Origin: an uncultured delta proteobacterium
GTDB lineage: Bacteria > Desulfobacterota > Binatia > Bin18
Direction of reading: 5' to 3'
Assembly: GCA_963733195.1 (NCBI GenBank)
Contig: CAVTCR010000084.1
Location: forward strand, 1-58,711
DNA length: 58,711 bases
The position numbers and the translations under genes were made by a program. The notes beneath the pieces were generated by a model. The model had not been told where the DNA came from, did not search any database, and saw only the letters and a program-made list of their open reading frames with translations. Shown piece after piece: positions 10,204 to 21,594 of the stretch (its first letter is position 1; each line of letters opens with the position of its first letter).

Positions 10204-11529
10204 TTAGAATCCCAGCGAGGCCAGCGGACCGCGATCCACGACCGGCGCACGCTTTGTCCCAGCACTCAATGTGACCGAACCGGGTGTGCGCTCAAACGGG
10301 TCCGGCAGATCAATCGCCCGCGCGTGCTCCTTGAGTGCCGGTATCACCTCTTCCGCGAATAAGCGCATGCTGGTGCGCCGCTCGTCATCACTATGTGGCC
10401 CTTGAAGGCTCAGAATAATGAAGATGCCCACGCGCAGGGTGCTCATGATCCCCTTGATTTTGGGTATGACAGTCTCGGGCGTGCCGACGATCACCTGCAT
10501 GTTCTGCTGCCCGCGCACCAGCGCCGCCTGCAGCTTGCGCCGGATTTCGGCGTAATCTATTTCGTCTTCAGCCCCCTGCATCTGCTCCTTCAGCTTCTCG
10601 CCGCTGATCCCGAGCCACGCGCTGGTCTGGGTCTTCGCCAAGGTGCGAATGGCCGCTTTCGAGTTGTAGCCCGGCGGCATCATGAATTCCGCTGCCGAGA
10701 ACGCATTCTGCCCACCACCGTAGACGAACCCCGCGGCCGCTTGCTGTGCTTTTTCCTCGGTCTCCCCTAAGGCCGTCGCGACCATATAGCCGAAATTCTC
10801 CGGCCCGGCTTGATAGCCATGCTTGGCCGCTTCGTCCGCGTAGAAGTCCCACAGATCACACGTGGGCCGCAGCGGGGTGCCAAGACCAATATAGGGATAC
10901 CGATGCGCGGCGCACCACTCGACGGTCTCCGGGCTGAGCGTCCCGGGAATCCACATGGGCGGATGGGGTTTTTGGTAGGGCAGCGCCCACGGATTGACGT
11001 GGCGATAATGAAAATGTTTCCCCTCGTAGCGCCACGGCCCGGGGCGCGTCCAGGCCTGGACGATAAAGTCGTGCGCTTCGTTGAACAGCTCGCGGTTGTA
11101 CGCGGGATTGGCATTATTGAAGAACTGCTCGCTGCCCGCGCCGCGCACCCAGCCGGTGACCAGTCGGCCGCGCGAGATCAGATCGATCTCTGCCAGCTCT
11201 TCGGCCATCCGCAGCGGATGCTTGATGACCGGCAGCGGATTGCCAATCAGCACCAGACGGGCACGCCGGGTGCGATAGGCCAGAATGGCCGCCTCGACGT
11301 TCATCACCGACCCCATGCAGATCGGGTTGCCGTGATGCTCATTCAGGGCGAGGACATCGAAGCCGAGGTCCTCGGCGTAGCAATATTCGTCGAGGTAGTA
11401 ATGGTAGTCCTCGGCCGCCTTTTCGCGGTCGAAATGCTGGTTCGAGACGGCGAAGAACGCGCGGTTTTTCAAAATGAGCTCTTCCGGCAGCCAGCGATAC
11501 GGCCGTTCGGTGAAATATCCTACTTGCAT
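10204..11529 (-). CDS. LLM-class flavin-dependent oxidoreductase
   Basis: GFDVLALNEHHG, HPLRMAEELAEIDLISRGRLVTGWVRG, PYQKPHPPMW; intact 441 aa. Confidence 0.9.
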   Translation of the reverse strand: MQVGYFTERPYRWLPEELILKNRAFFAVSNQHFDREKAAEDYHYYLDEYCYAEDLGFDVLALNEHHGNPICMGSVMNVEAAILAYRTRRARLVLIGNPLPVIKHPLRMAEELAEIDLISRGRLVTGWVRGAGSEQFFNNANPAYNRELFNEAHDFIVQAWTRPGPWRYEGKHFHYRHVNPWALPYQKPHPPMWIPGTLSPETVEWCAAHRYPYIGLGTPLRPTCDLWDFYADEAAKHGYQAGPENFGYMVATALGETEEKAQQAAAGFVYGGGQNAFSAAEFMMPPGYNSKAAIRTLAKTQTSAWLGISGEKLKEQMQGAEDEIDYAEIRRKLQAALVRGQQNMQVIVGTPETVIPKIKGIMSTLRVGIFIILSLQGPHSDDERRTSMRLFAEEVIPALKEHARAIDLPDPFERTPGSVTLSAGTKRAPVVDRGPLASLGF

Positions 11530-11906
11530 CTGGGTGTCCTTCGATTGATTTTGTTCGGCTCAGCATTTCGTTTGCGGCCCGCGAACACTCCTACTCTTGC
11601 TCGCTCTCCTGTTGATGCCTCGCGACTTTGCTCGTCGCTCCCGTCGCACCGCTGGTCGCCTTCTGGTCGGCGGCGATACATCTGCGTGGCACCACCAACT
11701 TGGTCAGGAGAGGTGGCTGCCAAGCTCGCGTCGGCCTTGGCGATGTTAACCTGTGGCCGGCGGGTGACCCAGCCACCCACACAGCTTTGCACGTCGCAAC
11801 TGCACGCGTACCGGCACTCCACCTCTGCTCTGAGAACCTGACAGGCCATTCCGTGGACGTCAAACCGCGCGCAAAGGTCCCGCAGGGCTCTTTCGTTACG
11901 CCACAA

Positions 11907-13769
11907 TCAATCAGACGTTGCCGGACCAAAGAGGTACGGATCGAGCGCAGCCTGCGCGGCGATACGGTACTTGTGCCAGCGGCCACCGCCATAATAGGCC
12001 AGGCTTCCGGGCTCAGCGTCGCCGTGCCCGTTGTAGTACGACAGACAGTCACGCAGCGGCGCACTCATGATGTCTACCTGGCGGCAGTGCTCGGCGTACT
12101 CCTCTTGCGGCTGGCGGTGAACGTCGACGATGGCCTCGCCTCGGTCACGCAGGGTCGACAGCATCCACACAAGATAGTCGCCATGGGCGTCGATAGCGTC
12201 GGTGAAGTTGAAGCTGCCGCCGCCACCCTGGGGGCCAGTGACGACGAAGAGGTTCGGAAAGCCCTTCACGTGCAGACCGAGAAAGGTCTTGGTACCCTCG
12301 GCGTCCCACGTCTCCTTGATGGTGCGGCCGTCACGGCCCACCGTCTTTTCGAATAAACCACTCGCCATCCATTGGAACCCAGTCGCATAGATCAACACAT
12401 CGAGGGGATACTCAACCCCGTCGTGCACGACCCCTTCGCGTTGATATGACTCACGCCAAGTGGTGCCGTGTCCACCAGATGGACATGCGGCAGGTTGAAC
12501 GACGGCAGGAATTCGTCGTGGAACGTCGGTCGCTTGCACCCGTACGGGTAGTACGGCTTAAGAGCCGCAGCGGTCTTGGGGTCTTGTACGATCGCGCCTA
12601 CCCGAGCGCGGATCTGCTCCATGATCCGGAAACTCGTGTTCAGCTGTTTCTGCACCAGCTCCTCGGGCGTCAGCCGGGTTTCGTGATGCTTGCGCTCTCT
12701 AAAATCAGCGACCCGGCCAGCGAGGTAGTCGTCGTTGGCCTGGATCGCCGTGCGGCCCTCGGAGATACGGGCGAAGCGCGCCCGGCGAGCGCGCGCCCAG
12801 CCCGGCTCACGTGACCACTCGTCGATCTCCTGCGGCGCTGTTTCGCGCTGGTCGCGTATATCGATCGTTGACGGCGTGCGCTGGAACACGTACAGCTCAC
12901 CGGCGATCTTTGCCAGTTCCGGAATGACCTGTACCGCCGTCGCCCCGGTCCCGATGATTCCGACTCGCTTCCCGTCCAGCGCCACGTCGTACTTCCAACG
13001 CGAGGTGTGGAACGCCTCACCCTGAAACGTCTCCATGCCCTCGATACGGGCCAGCTTCGGGGTTGTGAGGATCCCGTTCGCATAGACCAGGTACCGTGCC
13101 CGCATGGCGTCGCCGCGGTTGGTGTACACGATCCAACGGCCAGCTTTTTCGTCCCACTCGGTCTTTTCCACCGTGGTGTGGAACAAACAGTGATCATAGA
13201 AGCTGAACTTTTCAGCCATTTTTTGGCAGTACTCGAAGATCTCAAACCCCGAGGCAAATTTCATCGTCGGGAAATAGCCCATCTCCTCCAGTAACGGGAA
13301 AATAACTGTATGACTCGACGTCACAGGCAATACCCGGATACCGGTTCCAGTACCAGGTGCCACCGACATCGCCGCCCTTCTCACAGAACCGCACGTCGGT
13401 AAACCCCGCCTGGCTCAGCTTGTGCCACAGCAACAGCCCTGCGAAGCCGGCGCCCACCACCAGGATTTCGCACTCGTCGGTCAGGGCGTCGCGAGCAACC
13501 GGAGCCGCGGAGTACACGTCCTCCAGGTACTTGCTGAACTCGCCCTCCATCGCCATGTAGTCTGCTGCCCCCCGGCGAGCCTCCTTGAAGGCACGATACT
13601 TCGCCTGCTCCTCAGCGTTGAATACCGCGCCCGGCGGCTGCGGCGGAAGCGTCTTGAGCGACTCGTCTCGGGTGACCGAGTAGCCTCTCCCGACCACATC
13701 GTCCATCGTGCTCGCAGCACGGGTGTTGAAAATCTTGAGTCTGGTATCGGGGTCAATCCGGATCGACAT
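11907..13769 (-). CDS. Baeyer-Villiger monooxygenase with N-terminal extension (two frameshifts)
   Basis: VVGAGFAG, GGTWYWNRYPG, FQGEAFHTSRW, GTGATA, YATGF spread over ORFs 13242-13769, 12392-13384 and 11907-12539. Confidence 0.87.
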
Positions 13770-14120
13770 CGTCTGCTCTCCTCTATTCGCATATCGCTAT
13801 AGGGCCACTTACCTTAATCATTCCTGCGGGGGGGATCCTGGTTGATAAGGAACCGTCCCGCTTCGGTAGGCGTCTCTCTTCTATCCTTCGAACCGCTGGT
13901 TTCCAGGACCTCGACGGCGAGGATCCCGTAGTTTCTACCCTACCGTGCGCCAAATATCTAGGTCGTGATGAGCCGTGCCAAGTAGTGGGATTGGCAATTT
14001 ATGGAAGGGGCGATGGTGCCGCTCCTACCCGGAGAGCACTAAAAATCAACGCCCCAAAACCTCTCCCTTGGCTTGCCTTTTGGCACGTCCTGGCGCATCG
14101 TTGCTCCAGGAGGGACACGC

Positions 14121-14267
14121 ATGTTGGTCGGCTATGCACGGGTCTCGACGCTGGAGCAGAAGCTCGATCTCCAACGTGATGCCTTACAGCACGCGGGCTG
14201 TGATCGCATCTTTACCGATGTCACCAGTGGAGCGCAGGCCGAACGGCCTGGCTTAGCCGACGCTTAA
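14121..14267 (+). pseudogene. Serine resolvase/invertase N-terminal fragment (48 aa)
   Basis: MLVGYARVSTLEQKLDLQRDALQHAGCDRIFTD..SG catalytic motif with RBS AGGAGG; truncated 18 bp before repeat copy 2. Confidence 0.9.
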
Positions 14268-14284
14268 GCCGTCAGGAGTGCGGT

Positions 14285-14500
14285 AATTCCCTCTCCCGCC
14301 GGGAGAGCTTGTCCTTCGCGTAGTCGGAGGAGGCTAGGGTGAGGGAATCAAAGAAGGAAGCCCTCTTTTTTACCCCCTCATCCTGACCCCTTCGACAAGC
14401 TCACCTGTGCCTGCGGCACTGGCGCAGGCAGGACAGGCTTCTCCCGGAGGGAGAAGGAACCCGGTGCCAGACGTGCAGGAATAGTGCCGAACAGTATTGC
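14285..14500 (-). repeat. 216-bp composite palindromic repeat, copy 2 (inverted relative to 9704-9919)
   Basis: AATTCCCTCTCCCGCCGGGAGAGC...GTGCCGAACAGTATTGC matches the reverse complement of copy 1 with few mismatches. Confidence 0.9.
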
Positions 14501-14668
14501 TAGAATAGGTCCCTTGAGTCTTCACAGTTCCTTGAGTCTGTAGGGTAGGAGGACTCAATAGCCCCAAGAAACCCAACAGACCCTATAGGCTTTGTGTCGC
14601 TGACAGCTGTCAGCTGAACGCTATTCGTAGGAGAAAGCGAACAAACGCGAGTAAAGGAGGGAAAGCGT

Positions 14669-15805
14669 ATGCTTCACGGGAAAGTGATCGATGGCGATGG
14701 GCACATCTTAGAACCGCCGCAGCTGTGGCAACAGTATCTGGAGAAGAAGTACAAAGACCGGGCGATCCGCATGGAAAAGGATCAAACCGGAGTGGAGTAC
14801 CTGGTCATCGATGGGCGGCCCTCAGCCCGACTCCGTGCCATGGGACCGGCGGTGGCCGGCAACGGTCAGGACTATGAGAAACTGTGCAAAGCGGGCAACT
14901 TTGGCTACTTCGATGGTCCCAAGGGCGCCTACGAGCCTCATGCACGGCTGCGGCATATGGATGAACAAGGTATAGACGCTGCAGTACTCTTTCCCAGCCT
15001 TGGCCTGGCGTGGGAGAGCGAGGTCGACGATGTCGAGCTGGCGATGGCGTACGCCCGGGCCTATAACAACTGGATTCTGGATTTCGCGTCCGTTGATCCG
15101 CATCGCTTGGTTCCCATAGCGCTCATTACGCTCAAGGACCTGGATGAAGCGGTGAAGGAGGTCAAGCGAACCGCCAAACTGGGAGCGAAAGGCGCCTTTA
15201 TGCGAGCGGCGCCGATCACCCAGATACCGTGGTGGGACCCGGTGTATGATCCGTTCTGGGCGGCGCTGGAGGAGACCGGGTTACCCGTTGGGATGCACGT
15301 GGCCACGAACGAATACTTTCTGGGCCACCAGTGGAAAATGTCGGAGTCGGTCATGGCGGTGAATAGTGCCCTGCATTTTTATCGCCAAACCTGCATCCAG
15401 TTTGATGTACAGGCGGCATTTGCCTCGTTGTGTCTGGGGGTGTTTGACCGTTTTCCGCGACTGAAAGTGCTGCTGTTAGAGACCGGCAGCGGCTGGATCG
15501 CGCATTTTCTCGAGCGGCTCGATACCAAACATAAGCTGCTGGGCTGGAAGACGAACATGAAGCAGAAGCCGAGTGAGTATTTCCAAAGACAGTGCTGGAT
15601 CTCATTCGATCCAGACGAGACTACACTACCAGCTATGATTGAGCACTGTGGCGCTGAGAAATTCCTTTGGGCTTCAGACTTTCCGCATTTCGATGCCAGC
15701 CCCGAGCCCGTCAAGGAAGTGAAAGAGGCGGTTGCCGCACTGCCAGTGAGTGTGCAGCAAAAGATCCTCGGCGATAACGCCGCTGACGCGTATCAACTCT
15801 CCTGA
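14669..15805 (+). CDS. Amidohydrolase_2 family protein
   Basis: VIDGDGHILEP, DAAVLFPS, LETGSGWI, WASDFPHFD; RBS AGGAGG. Confidence 0.9.
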   Translation: MLHGKVIDGDGHILEPPQLWQQYLEKKYKDRAIRMEKDQTGVEYLVIDGRPSARLRAMGPAVAGNGQDYEKLCKAGNFGYFDGPKGAYEPHARLRHMDEQGIDAAVLFPSLGLAWESEVDDVELAMAYARAYNNWILDFASVDPHRLVPIALITLKDLDEAVKEVKRTAKLGAKGAFMRAAPITQIPWWDPVYDPFWAALEETGLPVGMHVATNEYFLGHQWKMSESVMAVNSALHFYRQTCIQFDVQAAFASLCLGVFDRFPRLKVLLLETGSGWIAHFLERLDTKHKLLGWKTNMKQKPSEYFQRQCWISFDPDETTLPAMIEHCGAEKFLWASDFPHFDASPEPVKEVKEAVAALPVSVQQKILGDNAADAYQLS

Positions 15806-15816
15806 GGAGAACTATT

Positions 15817-16035
15817 ATGGCAAAATTTGGCGTGCTTATTCTTCCCCGCCCTGAAGCTCCACGCGAGGCCAAGCTGCTGGAGGAGATGGGCTTTGACATT
15901 GCCTTGATTCCGGACTCCCAGGCCTACATCCGCGAGGTCTACGTTACACTCACTGCTTGTGCAGTTCAGACGAACAAGATCATGTTAGGCCCTGGGATCA
16001 CCAATCCATTCACCCGCCATCCGTCGGCAGGCTAA
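15817..16035 (+). pseudogene. LLM-class (Mer-like, F420-type) oxidoreductase N-terminal fragment
   Basis: GFDIALIPDSQ...LGPGITNPFTRHP, then abrupt stop at 72 aa. Confidence 0.8.
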
Positions 16036-16204
16036 GACGGCGTATGAGATTGCCCTTGAAGTGTTCGGCTCGGGCGAAAACCGTCCCATCTTCCACACCA
16101 TCGCCGCTACTTTTGAAACCCTCGCCCACCTGCATCTTCTGCTGCACGAAGGCAAGGTCAGGCGGCTAGAAGAAGGAGAGCGCATTCGCTTTCTGGCGCA
16201 GTGA
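16031..16204 (+). pseudogene. C-terminal winged-helix fragment, probably of an MBL-fold metallohydrolase
   Basis: Reads KTAYEIALEVFG...AATFETLAHLHLLLHEGKVRR*; no start codon; abuts the LLM fragment. Confidence 0.55.
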
Positions 16205-16223
16205 GCGGTGAAATTGGCGCCAA

Positions 16224-19200
16224 TCAGCCTCTCTCCGATAACTCGTCCAACAACGCCTTTGCCTCTTGCAAGTCTTTCGTATCAAACCCTTCGGTGAACC
16301 AACCGTAGATCTCGGCTAACATCTCGTGAGCTTCGTTGAGTTTCTGGCGTGCTTCGTGTTGCGTGTCATGAAGCACGTGTTGCGTGTTACGTGGTGCGTA
16401 ATCCCCGACCTGGCGTTGTCGTAAGCGGACGAGGCTCATCACCGCACGCAGTTCGAGTGACTTGGCTTGCTGACGGCGAGCAACCTCGATAGCTTTCAGA
16501 AAACACGCTTCAGCTTCACCTTGGGCGGGTCGGGGGCGGTCGTGACTCTAGACTTGTCTTGACTTGGTTTGACTTGCCCTGGACTTTTTGGACTGAGCGT
16601 TAGCTCGCCTTTAATCCGATACAGCTCTGCCTCGTACCAACACTGACCAGTGTTGTCTACCAGCATCAACGCTTCGGATACCGCACGTCAGCCCCTCTTC
16701 GGCTTGTCCTGCTTTCCCGCACGCCTCTGCGAGCAGAGCAAGGTAAAGTGGTTGTCTTATCCCCGCTCCCATAGCCCGAAAGGCAGCCACAGCTTGGCGT
16801 ATCTGCGCAACCCCTTCCTCTCCCTGTCCCTGCTCGGCCAGCACCCAACCCTGTAGAACACTCTCGCACGTCAGGTAGTACACAAATCGCTGTTCAGCAC
16901 ACAGCTGAATCGCCGCTGCTGCTCGCTCTTGGACGGCTTGCCTCTCCCGGCGGAACTGATGGAAGGTCGCAGCATAATCCAAGGAAAAAGCGAGCATAAA
17001 GGGATGAGATAATTCGTGGGCTAGGGTCAGCGCCTCCTGGCTCCTCTGTAGGGCTTGGTCCGGATAACCAAGCACCCACAGCACCCAGGATGCATAGGAT
17101 AGACAATGGACTCCAGGGTCAGTCCCATAGAGAAAGGCAAGGGAGCGGTGTTGCTGGAGGTTATAGAGGGCAATCCCCTGCTCAAGATGCCCTCGGGCCG
17201 AGATCGAATTCTCCAAGGTGGAACAATAGGCTCCCCATCGCAAGGTGGGCTTCCAGTAAAAGAATCGGGTCTTGTATACTTTGGGCCAGGTTGTAGAGTT
17301 GTTCCCCTAGTTCACGTCCCGCTGAAATTCTGCCCGCACCAAATAAAACAGAAACAGTCCCCACAAGCATTGGGAAGAGCTCCGGAGTCTCGCCTACCCG
17401 CTGGCACAGTTCCCGGGCCCGAGCGTAGGCTTGCTCCACTTCTGGGGCAGCCCAACCTTTGGTGGCTTGGAACGGAGTGGCCAAAGCGACTTGTAACGCG
17501 AGTTCTTGCTGAGCGCGCTCCGGGGTATCTGGCATGAGTTTTGAGCAACCCTAGTCCTTGAGTGAAATGGTTGATCGCTTCCACATTAGCGGAACGCTGG
17601 GTGGCTCGCTCCCCTGCCTTCTGCCAATACGGAATCGCCTGCGCAATGAGGTTTGCCTCGGTGTAGTGATGAGCCAGCAGCTCAGGCTGGGTCTCTTTCG
17701 TCTCGGCAAAGCGGCTCTCCAACACCTGGGCTATCTGCCGGTGATACTGCTGCCGTTTGCTCTTAAGCAGTGACTGATAGGCCGTGTCCTGGATCAGGGC
17801 ATGCTTGAAGAGATACGTCGCTTGTGGAGGCACCCCCCGCTGGTACAGCAACTCTGCGTCCACTAACTGCTTGAGGGAATGCTGTAACGCATTGGCGTCG
17901 ACTGGCGAGACGGCCTGAAGTAGATCGTAGTTAAACTCTCGGCCCGATGTGGCGCCCAGTTGAGCAATCTCTTTGCCGCGCCGAGCCGATCGAGCCGCGC
18001 CATCAGCGAATCTTGTAGTGTGGCGGGAATCGCCAGCGGTGGCAGCGGACCAGTGAGTTCGTAATGCCCATTCACTTCTGTCACCAAGCCTGACTCCACC
18101 ACCATCTTGGTGAGTTCTTCCACAAACAACGGCACCCCATCGGTCTTGCTCATAATCTGTTCCATAATCTCCGCTGAGTAACGCTTTGCCACCAGTGATC
18201 TTGTTGACCATCGCTTCGATGTGCTGCTGTCCCAACCGATTGAGGGTGAGCTGCTGAGATACGAATGCGCTCCCCACGGGCGGCGCGAAGTCTGGACGAT
18301 AGGTGAGCACCACCAGCAGCCGGCGTCGTCGGCACTCGCTGGAGGAACAAGCGTGAGGACTTCTAGCGTCGACGGATCGGCCCAATGCAGATCTTCCCAG
18401 GCACAAGTACACCGGTTGTTGCTTTGCTGCGGCTTCCTCACGATCCACGCTACTAACACCTCTTGGGTTTTTTCCTTCTGTTTCTGCGGACTGAGTGACA
18501 GCGGGTGGAGCACCGTCAGGATGTGGCAGGGACAACAAAGCGGCCAACAACGGCAGCGCCTCGGCTTGAGGGAAACCGATAGCTGCGCGAGGGCATCTAA
18601 GCTTCTGGCAACTTTCTCCTGCGGCTGAATCCTCCGGCACGAAAGTGTAAGAGTTCGTTGCACGTGCTCGATGAATAGGGCTAGAACGCACTGTTCTGAG
18701 GCGTACGGTGAGCAGCGAAACTCCATACGGCGTGCGCCTTCGCCTGACGCGTTCTTTCAATGTCCTCCACCAACCGCGATTTACCGATGCCGGCTTCCCC
18801 ATTCAGCAGAACGATCTGGCCCTCGCTCCGTCTTTGACCCGTTGCCACCGGTCCTGCAACAGGCCGTATTCTTCCTCACGTCCAACCAGTGGCGTTAAGC
18901 CTCCTGTCTGACCACCTGAAAGCGACTCTGCGACCTCGCTCTCTTTCACCACACGATACAGGGTCAGTGGCACCGCGACGCCTTTGAGGTCCGGCTGCCC
19001 GCGATCTTCACACACAAACAAGCCTTCCACGAGCGATAGGTCGCGGCACTGATCAGCACTTCATCCGGTTTGGCTTGCCTTGGACACGCGCAGCGATGTT
19101 CGGCGTCTCCCCTAAGGCCAGCCGTTCTCGTGTGCTCCCCTGCGCCAATCTCGCCCACCACCACTGGCCCGGTATGAATGCCAATCCGCACCTGTAACGG

Positions 19201-19693
19201 CGGCGTAACCTTGAGCTCACTGACTGCCGCCACGATCTCCAGACCACTGCGCACGGCACGACCGCATCGTCTTCATGGGCAGCGGGATAGCCAAAGTACA
19301 CCAGCACGCCATCGCCCAGATATTGCGCGATATGCCCCTCGTAGCGCGCGATGACCTGATGACAGGCGGTCTGATACGCCACCACGCGAGCATGATAGTC
19401 TTCGGGGTCGAGCTGTTGGGAGAGCGTCGTGATCCGACCAGGTCAATGAACATCACCGTCAACTGACGGCGCTCGGCTTCGGCTCTCGTCGGCGCAAGCG
19501 GCTGAAGGGAAGCAGCAGAAGACTGCGGGCGTGTTGGCTGGCCGGTGAGCGGAGTGCCACAGTCCCCGCAGAACTTAGCGGCCGGCCTCACCTCAGCGCC
19601 ACAACTCGGGCAAACCCGCACGAGCTTGGTCCCGCACTCCTCACAAAATTTCTTCCCCTCGGGATTCGCAAACCCGCAGCTCTCGCAACGCAT
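16224..19693 (-). CDS. Adenylate/guanylate cyclase-AAA ATPase-TPR protein with double zinc ribbon (copy 1, many frameshifts)
   Basis: [76 protein letters not shown]. Confidence 0.88.
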
Positions 19694-19916
19694 GCTGCCT
19701 CTTTACTCCTTCGGGCGCTCCTGTACAAGTTTCGTAGCCTGGATGGAACGAAGTGATGCGAAAAGCGCCTATTCCTTTCCTTACTTTGCTACGCTGCACG
19801 CTGCCCCGTCTGGTCCTTCCCAATGCCAAATCCTGTATAGGGCCGCTCGTAAGGGCCCTGGAACGCCAGCCTGAGCGTGGAATTTGGTTCCTTCCTGGAA
19901 AAAGACCGGTCAAGAA

Positions 19917-20189
19917 TCAAGCCGCAGTCTCAAGACGAAGCCGAGGACCAATAAGACGTGAGCGTGCAGGAGCAAGTTTGCGAATTTCGATAAAGGCGAG
20001 AGATTGTCCTCTTTCCCGTGTCTTCTCGGCGACCTTCCGGCTCCAACGGTTGTACTCTTGATCACCTTCAAGCTGTAAGACAAGCACGACGCCTTGAGGC
20101 AGACGTTTGAGAAATTCTGGGTGGTCGAAAAGATATTGATTAAACTCTTGAATAAGGAGGGCGTGTTGTTCTTGAATGCGCTTCCTCAC
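19917..20189 (-). CDS. DUF5647-like small protein (partner in a two-gene TA-like module)
   Basis: EFNQYLFDHPEFLKRLPQGVVLVLQLEGDQEYN pattern; directly downstream of the 20193-20496 gene. Confidence 0.6.
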   Translation of the reverse strand: MRKRIQEQHALLIQEFNQYLFDHPEFLKRLPQGVVLVLQLEGDQEYNRWSRKVAEKTRERGQSLAFIEIRKLAPARSRLIGPRLRLETAA

Positions 20190-20192
20190 GGA

Positions 20193-20496
20193 TCAGTCCT
20201 CCAAAAATGTCCTGCGATACTCTTGTCAGTTCGTCAAGATGTCTTGTTGAGCAAACGTTCGCGCTTGATTGAAGTCCATGCCCAGGGGAGTTTTCACCTG
20301 CTTTCCGTCTTTTGTATAGAGATCTCGGTGCGCGAAATCATGAGCAGTATCGTAACGCACCACGGGCATCCAGCGCTCAGCGAGAAAGACCTCACAGTTG
20401 CACGGAAAAAGCCTTGACCTGTCCTCTCTCAATACGATGCCATACTCGCATACGAGCGTTCAGCTCAAGCGGAATAATGAACTCCCTCTCCGTCAC
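20193..20496 (-). pseudogene. Small conserved protein (PVVRYDTAHDFAHRD; DUF7718-like putative toxin), frameshift plus internal TGA
   Basis: GTG start; frameshift near 20395; TGA at 20226 where Trp is expected; ends ...TFLED*. Confidence 0.55.
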
Positions 20497-20867
20497 GCAG
20501 TCATCGTAGAGAACTGCTGTTGGAGGAGCAAGGAGCCATCTCAAGTGCGCCAGCCATGCTGGCGCTTTGTTAGTGGGAAGCCACTCTTCCGATCACGAAG
20601 AGAGAAAGAGGATCGTGCGTGATTGTCCATCCGTCTTTAACGAGAGCATTCTTGAGCACAGGTAGAGGCATGATGCACCGTGCCCTACAATGTTATGGCG
20701 GTTACCAGGGAATTAGCAGGCACCGGGGTTACAAATTCTCTTGAGCTTTTTGAAGTCGAGGTGGTATAAGGTGAGTTCGGTGGCCAAAGCTGCCGGACCT
20801 GCCTTAGGGGAAATGGCGAAACGGATAAGGGATAAAGGCTAAAGGCAAGATTAGAAGACCTTTGTTC

Positions 20868-20940
20868 TCAATGACTCAATGACCTGATGACTCAATGATT
20901 CAATTCTGCAATGACCCGATCACCCGACGACCCAATAGCG
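20868..20940. repeat. Degenerate octamer tandem repeats (CAATGACT family)
   Basis: tcaatgactcaatgacctgatgactcaatgattcaattc; related arrays near 7735-7770, 29882-29960, 30720-30735 and 57443-57480. Confidence 0.75.
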
Positions 20941-20957
20941 CAATAAGAGTGCCTGAT

Positions 20958-21272
20958 TCATAGCGTGCGGATATCTTGCACGGTGATCAAGATGTCAATC
21001 TGGTTGAGAAGCTGCTTCAGGTGCTCCTTGAACCTCTTGAAGAACCGCTCTGTTTTTCTATCACCAGAAGTGATTATTTCGATCTTGATAATGTCGTCTA
21101 CGAACTCCACCCCTCCATATTTCCACTGTCCTTGGTAGGGAGCGGCATGTGAACTGACGGTCAGCGCACCAAAAGCAGCAATCAACTCTTCACGGATTTG
21201 CTTAATCTTCTCAGCTTCGATCTCCCTGCCGTCGTTATATTTCAAGGGCAGGTACATTTCATACTTTTTCAT
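20958..21272 (-). CDS. Conserved hypothetical protein (YEMYLPLKYNDG motif)
   Basis: 104 aa; ATGA overlap with the upstream 92-aa ORF. Confidence 0.7.
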   Translation of the reverse strand: MKKYEMYLPLKYNDGREIEAEKIKQIREELIAAFGALTVSSHAAPYQGQWKYGGVEFVDDIIKIEIITSGDRKTERFFKRFKEHLKQLLNQIDILITVQDIRTL

Positions 21273-21547
21273 GCCGCGAGCGGAGACTTAGGCAGGTGCA
21301 CGTTTTTCGCCGCGAGTTTCTTGAAGGGAATCTTTTTCTGCTTCAGCAACTTGATATGCTCCGCCGCCACTCCATAGATATTGTCCGGTAGGCAACTCAC
21401 CGGCATTCCACTTTTTGCTAACAGTAGAAAGCCCGTAGCGTCATATTTTTCTGGGATATGGATGTAGATCATACGTGAGGCGAGGCTAGGAACTTTGTGG
21501 CTTGCTGTCAAGACAAGGAACGTACTACGCGTTTTCCCTGCCGCCAT
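21269..21547 (-). CDS. Hypothetical basic protein, translationally coupled partner
   Basis: RBS AGGAGA; stop overlaps the start of the next ORF. Confidence 0.55.
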   Translation of the reverse strand: MAAGKTRSTFLVLTASHKVPSLASRMIYIHIPEKYDATGFLLLAKSGMPVSCLPDNIYGVAAEHIKLLKQKKIPFKKLAAKNVHLPKSPLAA

Positions 21548-21594
21548 TTCTCCTTTTCCCTTTTTCGTTCGTAGTACTCTTGCTCACCTAATGG

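Noticed and set aside
10810-11841. Long antisense ORFs (also 2989-3924, 6557-7387, 22576-23391)
   Set aside because: They are shadows of well-supported opposite-strand genes in GC-rich DNA, with no recognisable motifs
20226-20228. TGA at an expected Trp position, suggesting recoding or an alternative genetic code
   Set aside because: TGA is used as a normal stop and TGG as Trp throughout the window; a single substitution or error explains it
20868-20940. Octamer and heptamer arrays as a CRISPR array
   Set aside because: Units are 7-8 bp tandem repeats without unique spacers, and there are no cas genes
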